Shown in pieces: positions 11,601-24,900 of a stretch of 64,000 nucleotides of DNA; within the stretch, counting starts at the first letter, position 1, and every line of letters begins with the position of its first letter. The notes beneath the pieces were generated by a model that searched no databases, was not told the origin of the DNA, and saw only the letters and a list, made by a program, of their open reading frames with translations. The stretch lies in assembly GCA_964016885.1 (NCBI GenBank), contig OZ024740.1, positions 6,882,001-6,946,000 of the forward strand, given 5' to 3'. A program made the translations under genes and the position numbers. The stretch comes from Eledone cirrhosa (lineage: Eukaryota).

Positions 11601-14600
11601 TGTGAGAGACAATAACCCAAAATACTCAGATCCTAAGGCAGTATTTGGGAGAGACATTACCCCCAAAATACTCAGATCCTAAGGCAGTGTTTGTGAAAGA
11701 CATTACCGCAAAATACTCAGATCCTAAGGCATCGTTTGTGAGAGATATTACCCGAAAATACTCAGATCCTAAGGCAGTGTTTGTAAGAGACATTACCCCC
11801 AAAATATTCAGATCCTAAGGCAGTGTTTGTCCGAGATATTACCCCAAAATACTCAGATCCTAAGGCTGTATTTGTGAGAGACATTACCCCAAAAACTCAG
11901 ATCCTAAGGCAGTATTTGTGAGAGACATGACCCCAAAATACTCAGATTCTCAGGCTCTATTTGTGACAGACATTACCCCCAAAATACTCAAATCCTAAGG
12001 AAGAATTAGTGAGAGACATTACCCCGAAATACTCAGATCCTAAGGCAGTATTTGTGAGCGACATTACCCCAAAATACTCAGATTCTAAGGCTGTATTTGT
12101 GAGAGACATTACCCCAAAATACTCAGATCCTAAGGCAGTATTTGTGAGAGACATTACCCCAAAATACTGAGATCCTAAGGCAGTATTTGTGAGAGACATT
12201 ACCCCAAAATACTGAGATCCTAAGGCTGTATTTGTGAGAGACATTACCCCAAAATACTGAGACCCTAAAGCAGTATTTGTGAGATACATTACCCCAAAAT
12301 ACTCAGATCCTAAGGTAGTGTTTGTGAGAGACATTATCCCAAAATACTCAGATCCTAAGGCTGTATTTGTGAGAGACTTACCCCAAAATACTCAGATCCT
12401 AAGGCAGTATTTGTGAGAGACATTACCCCAAAATACTCAGATCCTCAGGCTGTATTTGTGGGAGACATTACCCCAAAATACTCAGATCCTAAGGTAGTGT
12501 TTGTGAGAGACATTATCCCAAAATACTCAGATCCTAAGGCTGTATTTGTGAGAGACATTAGCCCAAAATACTCAGATACTAAGGCTGTGTTTGTGAGAGA
12601 CATTACCCCAAAATACTCAGATCCTAAGGCTGTATTTGTGAGAGACATTACCCCAAAATACTGAGATCCTAAGGCAGTGTTTGTGAGAGACATTACGCCA
12701 AAATACTCAGATCCTAAGGCTGTATTTGTGAGCGACATTACCCCAAAATACTCAGATCCTAAGGCTGTATTTGTGAGAGACATTACCCCAAAATACTGAG
12801 ATCCTAAGGCAGTGTTTGTGAGAGACATTACGCCAAAATACTCAGATCCTAAGGCTGTATTTGTGAGCGACATTACCCCAAAATACTCAGATCCTAAGGC
12901 TGTATTTGTGAGAGACAATACCCCAAAATACTCAGATCCTAAGGCTGTATTTGTGAGAGACAATACCCCAAAATACTCAGATCCTAAGGCAGTATTTGTG
13001 AGAGACAATAACCCAAAATACTCAGATCCTAAGGCAGTATTTGGGAGAGACATTACCCCCAAAATACTCAGATCCTAAGGCTGTATTTGTGAGAGACATT
13101 CCCCCAAAATACTGAGACCCTAAGGCAGTATTTGTGAGATACATTACCCCAAAATACTCAGATCCTAAGGCAGTATTTGTGAGAGACATTACCCCAAAAT
13201 ACACAGATCCTAAGGCAGTATTTGTGAGAGACATTACACCAAAATACTCAGATTCTAAGGCAGTGTTTGTGAGAGACATTACCCCAAAATACTGAGATCC
13301 TAAGGCTGTATTTGTCAGAGACATTACCCCAAAATACTCAGATCCAAAGGCAGTATTTGTGAGAGACATTAGCCCAAAATACTCAGATACTAAGGCTGTG
13401 TTTGTGAGAGACATTACCCCAAAATACTCAGATCCTAAGGCAGTATTTGTGAGAGACATTACCCCAAAATACTCAGATCCTAAGGCTGTATTTTTGAGAG
13501 ACATTACCCCAAAATACTGAGATCCTAAGGCTGTATTTGTCAGAGACATTACCCCAAAATACTCAGATCCTAAGGCTGTGTTTGTGAGAGACATTACCCC
13601 AAAATACTCAGATCCTAAGGCTGTATTTGTGAGAGACATTACCCCAAAATACTGAGATTCTAAGGCTGTATTTTTGAGAGACATTACCCCAAAATACTCA
13701 GATCCTCAGGCTGTATTTGTGGGAGACATTACCCCAAAATACTCAGATCCTAAGGTAGTGTTTGTGAGAGACATTATCCCAAAATACTCAGATCCTAAGG
13801 CTGTATTTGTGAAAACATTACCCCAAAATACTGAGATTCTAAGGCTGTATTTGTGAGAGACATTACCCCAAAATACTCAGATCCTAAGGCAGTATTTGTG
13901 AGAGACATTACCCCAAAATACTCAGATCCTCAGGCTGTATTTGTGGGAGACATTACCCCAAAATACTCAGATCCTAAGGTAGTGTTTGTGAGAGACATTA
14001 TCCCAAAATACTCAGATCCTAAGGCTGTATTTGTGAAAACATTACCCCAAAATACTGAGATTCTAAGGCTGTATTTTTGAGAGACATTACCCCAAAATAC
14101 TCAGATCCTCAGGCTGTATTTGTGGGAGACATTACCCCAAAATACTCAGATCCTAAGGTAGTGTTTGTGAGAGACATTATCCCAAAATACACAGATCCTA
14201 AGGCTGTATTTGTGAGAGACATTACCCCAAAATACTCAGATCCTAAGGCAGTATTTGTGAGAGACATTACCCCAAAATACTCAGATCCTAAGGCAGTATT
14301 TGTGAGAGACATTACCCCAAAATACTCAGATCCTAAGGCTGTATTTGTGAGATACATTACCCCAAAATACTGAGATTCTAAGGCTGTATTTTTGAGAGAC
14401 ATTACCCCAAAATACTCAGATCCTCAGGCTGTATTTGTGGGAGACATTACCACAAAATACTCAGATCCTAAGGTAGTGTTTGTGAGAGACATTATCCCAA
14501 AATACTCAGATCCTAAGGCTGTATTTGTGAGAGACATTACCCCAAAATACTCAGATCCTAAGGCTGTATTTGTGAAAACATTACCCCAAAATACTGAGAT

Positions 14601-14949
14601 TCTAAGGCTGTATTTGTGAGAGACAATACCCCAAAATACTCAGATCCTAAGGCAGTATTTGTGAGAGACATTACCCCAAAATACTCAGATCCTAAGGCAG
14701 TATTTGGGAGAGACATTACCCCCAAAATACTCAGATCCTAAGGCTGTACCTGTGAGAGACATTACCCCAAAATACTCAGATCCTAAGGCAGTGTTTGTGA
14801 AAGACATTACCGCAAAATACTCAGATCCTAAGGCATCGTTTGTGAGAGATATTACCCGAAAATACTCAGATCCTAAGGCAGTGTTTGTAAGAGACATTAC
14901 CCCCAAAATATTCAGATCCTAAGGCAGTGTTTGTCCGAGATATTACCCC

Positions 14950-17205
14950 AAAATACTCAGATCCTAAGGCTGTATTTGTGAGAGACATTACCCCAAAATA
15001 CTCAGATCCTAAGGCAGTATTTGTGAGAGACATGACCCCAAAATACTCAGATTCTCAGGCTCTATTTGTGACAGACATTACCCCCAAAATACTCAAATCC
15101 TAAGGAAGAATTTGTGAGAGACATTACCCCGAAATACTCAGATCCTAAGGTAGTGTTTGTGAGAGACATTATCCCAAAATACTCAGATCCTAAGGCTGTA
15201 TTTGTGAGAGACTTACCCCAAAATACTCAGATCCTAAGGCAGTATTTGTGAGAGACATTACCCCAAAATACTGAGATCCTAAGGCTGTATTTGTGAGAGA
15301 CATTACCCCAAAATACTGAGACCCTAAAGCAGTATTTGTGAGATACATTACCCCAAAATACTCAGATCCTAAGGTAGTGTTTGTGAGAGACATTATCCCA
15401 AAATACTCAGATCCTAAGGCTGTATTTGTGAGAGACTTACCCCAAAATACTCAGATCCTAAGGCAGTATTTGTGAGAGACATTACCCCAAAATACTCAGA
15501 TCCTCAGGCTGTATTTGTGGGAGACATTACCCCAAAATACTCAGATCCTAAGGTAGTGTTTGTGAGAGACATTATCCCAAAATACTGAGATCCTAAGGCT
15601 GTATTTGTCAGAGACATTACCCCAAAATACTCAGATCCAAAGGCAGTATTTGTGAGAGACATTAGCCCAAAATACTCAGATACTAAGGCTGTGTTTGTGA
15701 GAGACATTAGCCCAAAATACTCAGATCCTAAGGCAGTATTTGTGAGAGACATTAGCCCAAAATACTCAGATCCTAAGGCAGTATTTGTGAGAGACATTAC
15801 CCCAAAATACTCAGATCCTCAGGCTGTATTTGTGGGAGACATTACCCCAAAATACTCAGATCCTAAGGTAGTGTTTGTGAGAGACATTATCCCAAAATAC
15901 TCAGATCCTCAGGCTGTATTTGTGGGAGACATTACCCCAAAATACTCAGATCCTAAGGCTGTATTTTTGAGAGACATTATCCCAAAATACTCAGATCCTC
16001 AGGCTGTATTTGTGGGAGACATTACCCCAAAATACTCAGATCCTAAGGTAGTGTTTGTGAGAGACATTATCCCAAAATACACAGATCCTAAGGCTGTATT
16101 TGTGAGAGACATTAACCCAAAATACTCAGATCCTAAGGCAGTATTTGTGAGAGACATTACCCCAAAATACTCAGATCCTAAGGCAGTATTTGTGAGAGAC
16201 ATTACCCCAAAATACTCAGATCCTAAGGCTGTACTTGTGAGAGACATTACCCCAAAATACTCAGATCCTAAGGCTGTATTTGTGAGAGACATTACCCCAA
16301 AATACTCAGATCCTAAGGCAGTATTTGTGAGAGACATTACCCCAAAATACTCAGATCCTAAGGCAGTATTTGTGAGAGACATTACCCCAAAATACTCAGA
16401 TCCTAAGGCAGTATTTGTGAGAGACATTACCCCAAAATACTCAGATCCTAAGGCTGTACTTGTGAGAGACATTAATCCCAAAATACTCAGATCCTAAGGC
16501 AGTGTTTGTGAAAGACATTACCGCAAAATACTCAGATCCTAAGGCATCGTTTGTGAGAGATATTACCCGAAAATACTCAGATCCTAAGGCTGTATTTGTG
16601 AGAGACATTACCCCAAAATACTCAGATCCTAAGGCAGTATTTGTGAGAGACATGACCCCAAAATACTCAGATTCTCAGGCTCTATTTGTGACAGACATTA
16701 CCCCCAAAATACTCAAATCCTAAGGAAGAATTTGTGAGAGACATTACCCCGAAATACTCAGATCCTAAGGTAGTGTTTGTGAGAGACATTATCCCAAAAT
16801 ACTCAGATCCTAAGGCTGTATTTGTGAGAGACTTACCCCAAAATACTCAGATCCTAAGGCAGTATTTGTGAGAGACATTACCCCAAAATACTGAGATCCT
16901 AAGGCTGTATTTGTGAGAGACATTACCCCAAAATACTGAGACCCTAAAGCAGTATTTGTGAGATACATTACCCCAAAATACTCAGATCCTAAGGTAGTGT
17001 TTGTGAGAGACATTATCCCAAAATACTCAGATCCTAAGGCTGTATTTGTGAGAGACTTACCCCAAAATACTCAGATCCTAAGGCAGTATTTGTGAGAGAC
17101 ATTACCCCAAAATACTCAGATCCTCAGGCTGTATTTGTGGGAGACATTACCCCAAAATACTCAGATCCTAAGGTAGTGTTTGTGAGAGACATTATCCCAA
17201 AATAC
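14950..17205. repeat. Local duplication with 1,620-bp offset (36 monomers): about 14950-15585 repeated at about 16570-17205
   Basis: Identical ORFs 15190..15393 and 16810..17013. The sequence lines 15001-15541 and 16621-17161 match in register, including the GAGACTTACC deletion monomers and GGAAGAATTT. Confidence 0.88.
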
Positions 17206-17789
17206 TCAGATCCTAAGGCTGTATTTGTGAAAACATTACCCCAAAATACTGAGATTCTAAGGCTGTATTTTTGAGAGACATTACCCCAAAATACTCAGAT
17301 CCTCAGGCTGTATTTGTGGGAGACATTACCCCCAAAATACTCAGATCCTAAGGTAGTGTTTGTGAGAGACATTATCCCAAAATACTCAGATCCTAAGTCT
17401 GTATTTGTGAGAGACATTACCCCAAAATACTCAAATCCTAAGGCAGTATTTGTGAGAGACATTACCCCAAAATACTCAGATCCTAAGGCTGTATTTGTGA
17501 GAGACATTACCCCAAAATACTGAGATCCTAAGGCAGTGTTTGTGAGAGACATTACGCCAAAATACTCAGATCCTAAGGCTGTATTTGTGAGCGACATTAC
17601 CCCAAAATACTCAGATCCTAAGGCTGTATTTGTGAGAGACAATACCCCAAAATACTCAGATCCTAAGGCAGTATTTGTGAGAGACAATAACCCAAAATAC
17701 TCAGATCCTAAGGCAGTATTTGGGAGAGACATTACCCCCAAAATATTCAGATCCTAAGGCTGTACTTGTGAGAGACATTACCCCAAAAT

Positions 17790-20700
17790 ACTCAGATCCT
17801 AAGGCAGTGTTTGTGAGAGACATTACCGCAAAATACTCAGATCCTAAGGCATCGTTTGTGAGAGACATTACCCCAAAATACTCAGATCCTAAGGCTGTAT
17901 TTGTGAGAGACATTACCCCAAAATACTCAGATCCTAAGGCAGTGTTTGTGAGAGACATTACCCCAAAATACTCAGATCCTAAGGCAGTGTTTGTGAGAGA
18001 TATTACCCGAAAATACTCAGATCCTAAGGCAGTGTTTGTAAGAGACATTACCCCCAAAATACTCAGATGATAAGGCAGTGTTTGTCCGAGATATTACCCC
18101 AAAATACTCAGATCCTAAGGCTGTATTTGTGAGAGACATTACCCCAAAATACTCAGATCCTAAGGCAGTATTTGTGAGAGGTATTACCCCAAAATACTCA
18201 GATTCTCAGGCTCTATTTGTGACAGACATTACCCCCAAAATACTCAAATCCTAAGGAAGAATTTGTGAGAGACATTACCCCGAAATACTCAGATCCTAAG
18301 GCAGTATTTGTGAGCGACATTATCCCAAAATACTCAGATTCTAAGGCTGTATTTGTGAGAGACATTACCCCAAAATACTCAGATCCTAAGGCAGTATTTG
18401 TGAGAGACATTACCCCAAAATACTGAGATCCTAAGGCAGTATTTGTGAGAGACATTACCCCAAAATACTGAGATCCTAAGGCTGTATTTGTGAGAGACAT
18501 TACCCCAAAATACTGAGACCCTAAGGCAGTATTTGTGAGATACATTACCCCAAAATACTCAGATCCTAAGGCAGTATTTGTGAGAGACATTACCCCAAAA
18601 TACTGAGATACTAAGGCAGTATTTATGAGAGACATTACCCCAAAATACTGAGATCCTAAGGCAGTATTTGTGAGAGACATTACCCCAAAATACTCAGATC
18701 CTAAGGCTGTAATTGTGAGAGACATGACCCCAAAATACTGAGATCCTAAGGCTGTATTTGTGAGAGACATTACCCCAAAATACGCAGATCCTAAGGCAGT
18801 ATTTGTGAGAAACATTACACCAAAATACTCAGATCCTAAGGCAGTATTTATGAGAGACATTACCCCAAAATACTCAGATCCTAAGGCAGTATTTGTGAGA
18901 GACATTACCCCAAAATACTCAGATCCTAAGACAGTATTTGTGAGAGACATTACCCCAAAATACTCAGATCCTAAGGCAGTGTTTGTGAGAGACATTACAT
19001 CAAAATACTCAGATCCTAAGGCTGTATTTGTGAGAGACATTACCCCAAAATACTCAGATCCTAAGGCTGTATTTATGAGAGACATTACCCCAAAATACTC
19101 AGATCCTAAGGCTGTATTTGTGAGAGACATTACACCAAAATACTCAGATCCTAAGGCTGTATTTATGAGAGACATTACCCCCAAAATACTCAGATCCTAA
19201 GGCTGTACTTGTGAGAGACATTACCCCAAAATACTGAGATCCTAAGGCTGTATTTGTGAGAGACATTACCCCAAAATACTCAGATCCAAAGGCAGTATTT
19301 GTGAGAGACATTAGCCCAAAATACTGAGATCCTAAGGCTGTGTTTGTGAGAGACATTACCCCAAAATACTCAGATCCTAAGGCAGTATTTATGAGAGACA
19401 TTACCCCAAAATACTGAGATCCTAAGACTGTATTTGTGAGAGACATTATCCCAAAATACTGAGATTCTAAGGCTGTATTTTTGAGAGACATTACCCCAAA
19501 ATACTCAGATCCTCAGGCTGTATTTGTGGGAGACATTACCCCAAAATACTCAGATCCTAAGGTAGTGTTTGTGAGAGACATTATCCCAAAATACTCAGAT
19601 CCTAAGGCTGTATTTGTGAGAGACATTACCCCAAAATACTCAGATCCTAAGGCAGTATTTGTGAGAGACATTACCCCAAAATACTCAGATCCTAAGGCTG
19701 TATTTGTGAGAGACATTACCCCAAAATACTGAGATCCTAAGGCAGTGTTTGTGAGAGACATTACGCCAAAATACTCAGATCCTAAGGCTGTATTTGTGAG
19801 CGACATTACCCCAAAATACTCAGATCCTAAGGCTGTATTTGTGAGAGACAATACCCCAAAATACTCAGATCCTAAGGCTGTATTTGTGAGAGACAATACC
19901 CCAAAATACTCAGATCCTAAGGCAGTATTTGTGAGAGACAATAACCCAAAATACTCAGATCCTAAGGCAGTATTTGTGAGAGTCAATAACCCAAAATACT
20001 CAGATCCTAAGGCAGTATTTGGGAGAGACATTACCCCCAAAATACTCAGATCCTAAGGCAGTGTTTGTGAGAGACATTACCGCAAAATACTCAGATCCTA
20101 AGGCATCGTTTGTGAGAGACATTACCCCAAAATACTCAGATCCTAAGGCTGTATTTGTGAGAGACATTACCCCAAAATACTCAGATCCTAAGGCAGTGTT
20201 TGTGAGAGACATTACCCCAAAATACTCAGATCCTAAGGCAGTGTTTGTGAGAGATATTACCCGAAAATACTCAGATCCTAAGGCAGTGTTTGTAAGAGAC
20301 ATTACCCCCAAAATACTCAGATCATAAGGCAGTGTTTGTCCGAGATATTACCCCAAAATACTCAGATCCTAAGGCTGTATTTGTGAGAGACATTACCCCA
20401 AAATACTCAGATCCTAAGGCAGTATTTGTGAGAGGTATTACCCCAAAATACTCAGATTCTCAGGCTCTATTTGTGACAGACATTACCCCCAAAATACTCA
20501 AATCCTAAGGAAGAATTTGTGAGAGACATTACCCCGAAATACTCAGATCCTAAGGCAGTATTTGTGAGCGACATTATCCCAAAATACTCAGATTCTAAGG
20601 CTGTATTTGTGAGAGACATTACCCCAAAATACTCAGATCCTATGGCAGTATTTGTGAGAGACATTACCCCAAAATACTGAGATCCTAAGGCAGTATTTGT

Positions 20701-21964
20701 GGGAGACATTACCCCAAAATACTGAGATCCTAAGGCTGTATTTGTGAGAGACATTACCCCAAAATACTGAGACCCTAAGGCAGTATTTGTGAGATACATT
20801 ACCCCAAAATACTCAGATCCTAAGGCAGTATTTGTGAGAGACATTACCCCAAAATACTGAGATACTAAGGCAGTATTTGTGAGAGACATTACCCCCAAAT
20901 ACTCAGATCCTAAGGCAGTATTTGTGAGAGACATTACCCCAAAATACTCAGATCCTAAGGCTGTAATTGTGAGAGACATGACCCCAAAATACTGAGATCC
21001 TAAGGCTGTATTTGTGAGAGACATTACCCCAAAATACGCAGATCCTAAGGCAGTATTTGTGAGAAACATTACACCAAAATACTCAGATCCTAAGGCAGTA
21101 TTTATGAGAGACATTACCCCAAAATACTCAGATCCTAAGGCAGTATTTGTGAGAGACATTACCCCAAAATACTCAGATCCTAAGACAGTATTTGTGAGAG
21201 ACATTACCCCAAAATACTCAGATCCTAAGGCAGTGTTTGTGAGAGACATTACATCAAAATACTCAGATCCTAAGGCTGTATTTGTGAGAGACATTACCCC
21301 AAAATACTCAGATCCTAAGGCTGTATTTATGAGAGACATTACCCCAAAATACTCAGATCCTAAGGCTGTATTTGTGAGAGACATTACACCAAAATACTCA
21401 GATCCTAAGGCTGTATTTATGAGAGACATTACCCCCAAAATACTCAGATCCTAAGGCTGTACTTGTGAGAGACATTACCCCAAAATACTGAGATCCTAAG
21501 GCTGTATTTGTGAGAGACATTACCCCAAAATACTCAGATCCAAAGGCAGTATTTGTGAGAGACATTAGCCCAAAATACTCAGATCCTAAGGCTGTGTTTG
21601 TGAGAGACATTACCCCAAAATACTCAGATCTTAAGGCAGTATTTATGAGAGACATTACCCCAAAATACTGAGATCCTAAGACTGTATTTGTGAGAGACAT
21701 TATCCCAAAATACTGAGATTCTAAGGCTGTATTTTTGAGAGACATTACCCCAAAATACTCAGATCCTCAGGCTGTATTTGTGGGAGACATTACCCCAAAA
21801 TACTCAGATCCTAAGGTAGTGTTTGTGAGAGACATTATCCCAAAATACTCAGATCCTAAGGCTGTATTTGTGAGAGACATTACCCCAAAATACTCAGATC
21901 CTAAGGCAGTATTTGTGAGAGACATTACCCCAAAATACTCAGATCCTAAGGCTGTATTTGTGAG
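17790..21964. repeat. Tandem duplication, 2,254-bp unit (50 monomers +4 nt)
   Basis: ORF pairs 18213/20467, 18760/21014, 19144/21398 and 19481/21735 are all offset by 2254. Both copies share the rare variants GTCCGAG and GAGAGGTATT. Confidence 0.9.
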
Positions 21965-24900
21965 CGACATTACCCCAAAATACTCAGATCCTAAGGCTGT
22001 ATTTGTGAGAGACAATACCCCAAAATACTCAGATCCTAAGGCAGTATTTGTGAGAGACAATAACACAAAATACTCAGATCCTAAGGCAGTATTTGGGAGA
22101 GACATTACCCCCCAAAATACTCAGATCCTAAGGCTGTATTTGTGAGAGACATTACCCCAAAATACTGAGACCCTAAGGCAGTATTTGTGAGATACATTAC
22201 CCCAAAATACTCAGATCCTAAGGCAGTATTCGTGAGAGACATTACCCCAAAATACACAGATCCTAAGGCAGTATTTGTGTGAGACATTACCCCAAAATAC
22301 TCAGATCCTAAGGCTGTAATTGTGAGAGACATGACCCCAAAATACTGAGATCCTAAGGCTGTATTTGTGAGAGACATTACCCCAAAATACGCAGATCCTA
22401 AGGCAGTATTTGTGAGAAACATTACACCAAAATACTCAGATCCTAAGGCTGTATTTGTGAGAGACATTACCCCAAAATACTCAGATCCTAAGGCAGTATT
22501 TGTGAGAGATATTACCCCAAAATACTCAGATCCTAAGACAGTATTTGTGAGAGACATTACCCCAAAATACTCAGATCCTAAGGCAGTGTTTGTGAGAGAC
22601 ATTACATCAAAATACTCAGATCCTAAGGCTGTATTTGTGAGAGACATTACCCCAAAATACTGAGATCCTAAGGCTGTATTTATGAGAGACATTACCCCAA
22701 AATACTCAGATCCTAAGGCTGTATTTGTGAGAGACATTACACCAAAATACTCAGATCCTAAGGCTGTATTTATGAGAGACATTAGCCCAAAATACTCAGA
22801 TCCTAAGGCTGTGTTTGTGAGAGACATTACCCCAAAATACTCAGATCCTAAGGCAGTATTTATGAGAGACATTACCCCAAAATACTGAGATCCTAAGACT
22901 GTATTTGTGAGAGACATTACCCCAAAATACTCAGATCCTAAGGCAGTGTTTGTGAGAGACATTACCCCAAAATACTGAGATCCTAAGGCTGTATTTGTGA
23001 GAGACATTACCCCCCAAAATACTGAGATCCTAAGGCTGTATTTGTGAGAGACATTACCACAAAATACTCAGATCCTAAGGCAGTATTTGTGAGAGATATT
23101 ACCCCAAAATACTGAGATTCTAAGGCAGTATTTGTGAGAGACATTACCCCAAAATACTGAGATCCTAAGGCTGTATTTGTGAGAGACATTACGCCAAAAT
23201 ACTGAGATCCTAAGGCAGTATTTGTGAGAGACATTACCCCAAAATACTGAGATCCTAAGGCAGTATTTGTGAGAGACATACCCCAAAATACTGAGATCCT
23301 AAGGCAGTATTTGTGAGAGACATTACCCCAAAATACTCAGATCCTAAGGCAGTATTTGTGAGAGACATTACCCCAAAATACTAAGATCCTAAGGCAGTAT
23401 TTGTGAGAGACATTACCCCAAGATACTCAGATCCTAAGGCAGTATTTGTGAGAGACATTACCCCAAAATACTGAGATCCTAAGGCTGTATTAGTGAGAGA
23501 CATTACCCCAAAATGCTGAGATCCTAAGGCTGTATTTGTGAGAGACATTACCCCAGAATACTCAGATCCTAAGGCAGTAATTATGAGAGACATTACACCA
23601 AAATACTCAGATCCTAAGGCTGTATTTGTGAGAGACATTACCCCAAAATACTCAGATCCTAAGGCAGTATTTGTGAGAGACATTACCCCAAAATACTAAG
23701 ATCCTAAGGCAGTAATTGTGAGAGACATTACCCCAAAATACTCAGGTCCTAAGGCAGTGTTTGTGAGAGACATTACGCCAAAATACTCAGATCCTAAGGC
23801 TGTGTTTGTGACAGACATTACCCCAATATACTCAGATCCTAAGACAGTGTTTGTGAGAGACATTACCCCAAAATACTCAGATCCTAAGGCTGTATTTGTG
23901 AGAGACATTACCCCAAAATACTGAGATACTAAGGCTGTATTTTTGAGAGACATTACCCCAAAATACTCAGATCCTCAGGCTGTATTTTTGGGAGACATTA
24001 CCCCAAAATACTCAGATCCTAAGGTAGTGTTTGTGAGAGACATTATCCCAAAATACTCAGATCCTAAGGCTGTATTTGTGAGAGACATTACCCCAAAATA
24101 ATCAGATCCTAAGGCAGTATTTGTGAGAGACATTACCCCAAAATACTCAGATCCTAAGGCTGTATTTGTGAGAGACATTACCCCAAAATACTGAGATCCT
24201 AAGGCAGTGTTTGTGAGAGACATTACGCCAAAATACTCAGATCCTAAGACTGTATTTGTGAGCGATATTACCCCAAAATACTGAGATCCTAAGGCTGTAT
24301 TTGTGAGAGACAATACCCCAAAATACTCTGATCCTAAGGCTGTATTTGTGAGAGACAATACCCCAAAATACTCAGATCCTAAGGCAGTATTTGTGAGAGA
24401 CAATAACCCAAAATACTCAGATCCTAAGGCAGTATTTGGGAGAGACATTACCCCCAAAATACTCAGATCCTAAGGCTGTACTTGTGAGAGACATTACCCC
24501 AAAATACTCAGATCCTAAGGCAGTGTTTGTGAGAGACATTACCGCAAAATACTCAGATCCTAAGGCATCGTTTGTGAGAGACATTACCCCAAAATACTCA
24601 GATCCTAAGGCTGTATTTGTGAGAGACATTACCCCAAAATACTCAGATCCTAAGGCAGTGTTTGTGAGAGACATTACCCCAAAATACTCAGATCCTAAGG
24701 CAGTGTTTGTGAGAGATATTACCCGAAAATACTCAGATCCTAAGGCAGTGTTTGTAAGAGACATTACCCCCAAAATACTCAGATCCTAAGGCAGTGTTTG
24801 TGCGAGATATTACCCCAAAATACTCAGATCCTAAGGAAGAATTTGTGAGAGACATTACCCCAAAATACTCAGATTCTCAGGCTCTATTTGTGACAGACAT

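Noticed and set aside
22225-22245. TTCG variant resembling the start of a CENP-B box
   Set aside because: It lacks the downstream CGGG of the NTTCGNNNNANNCGGGN motif and occurs only here and in its duplicate near 26555.
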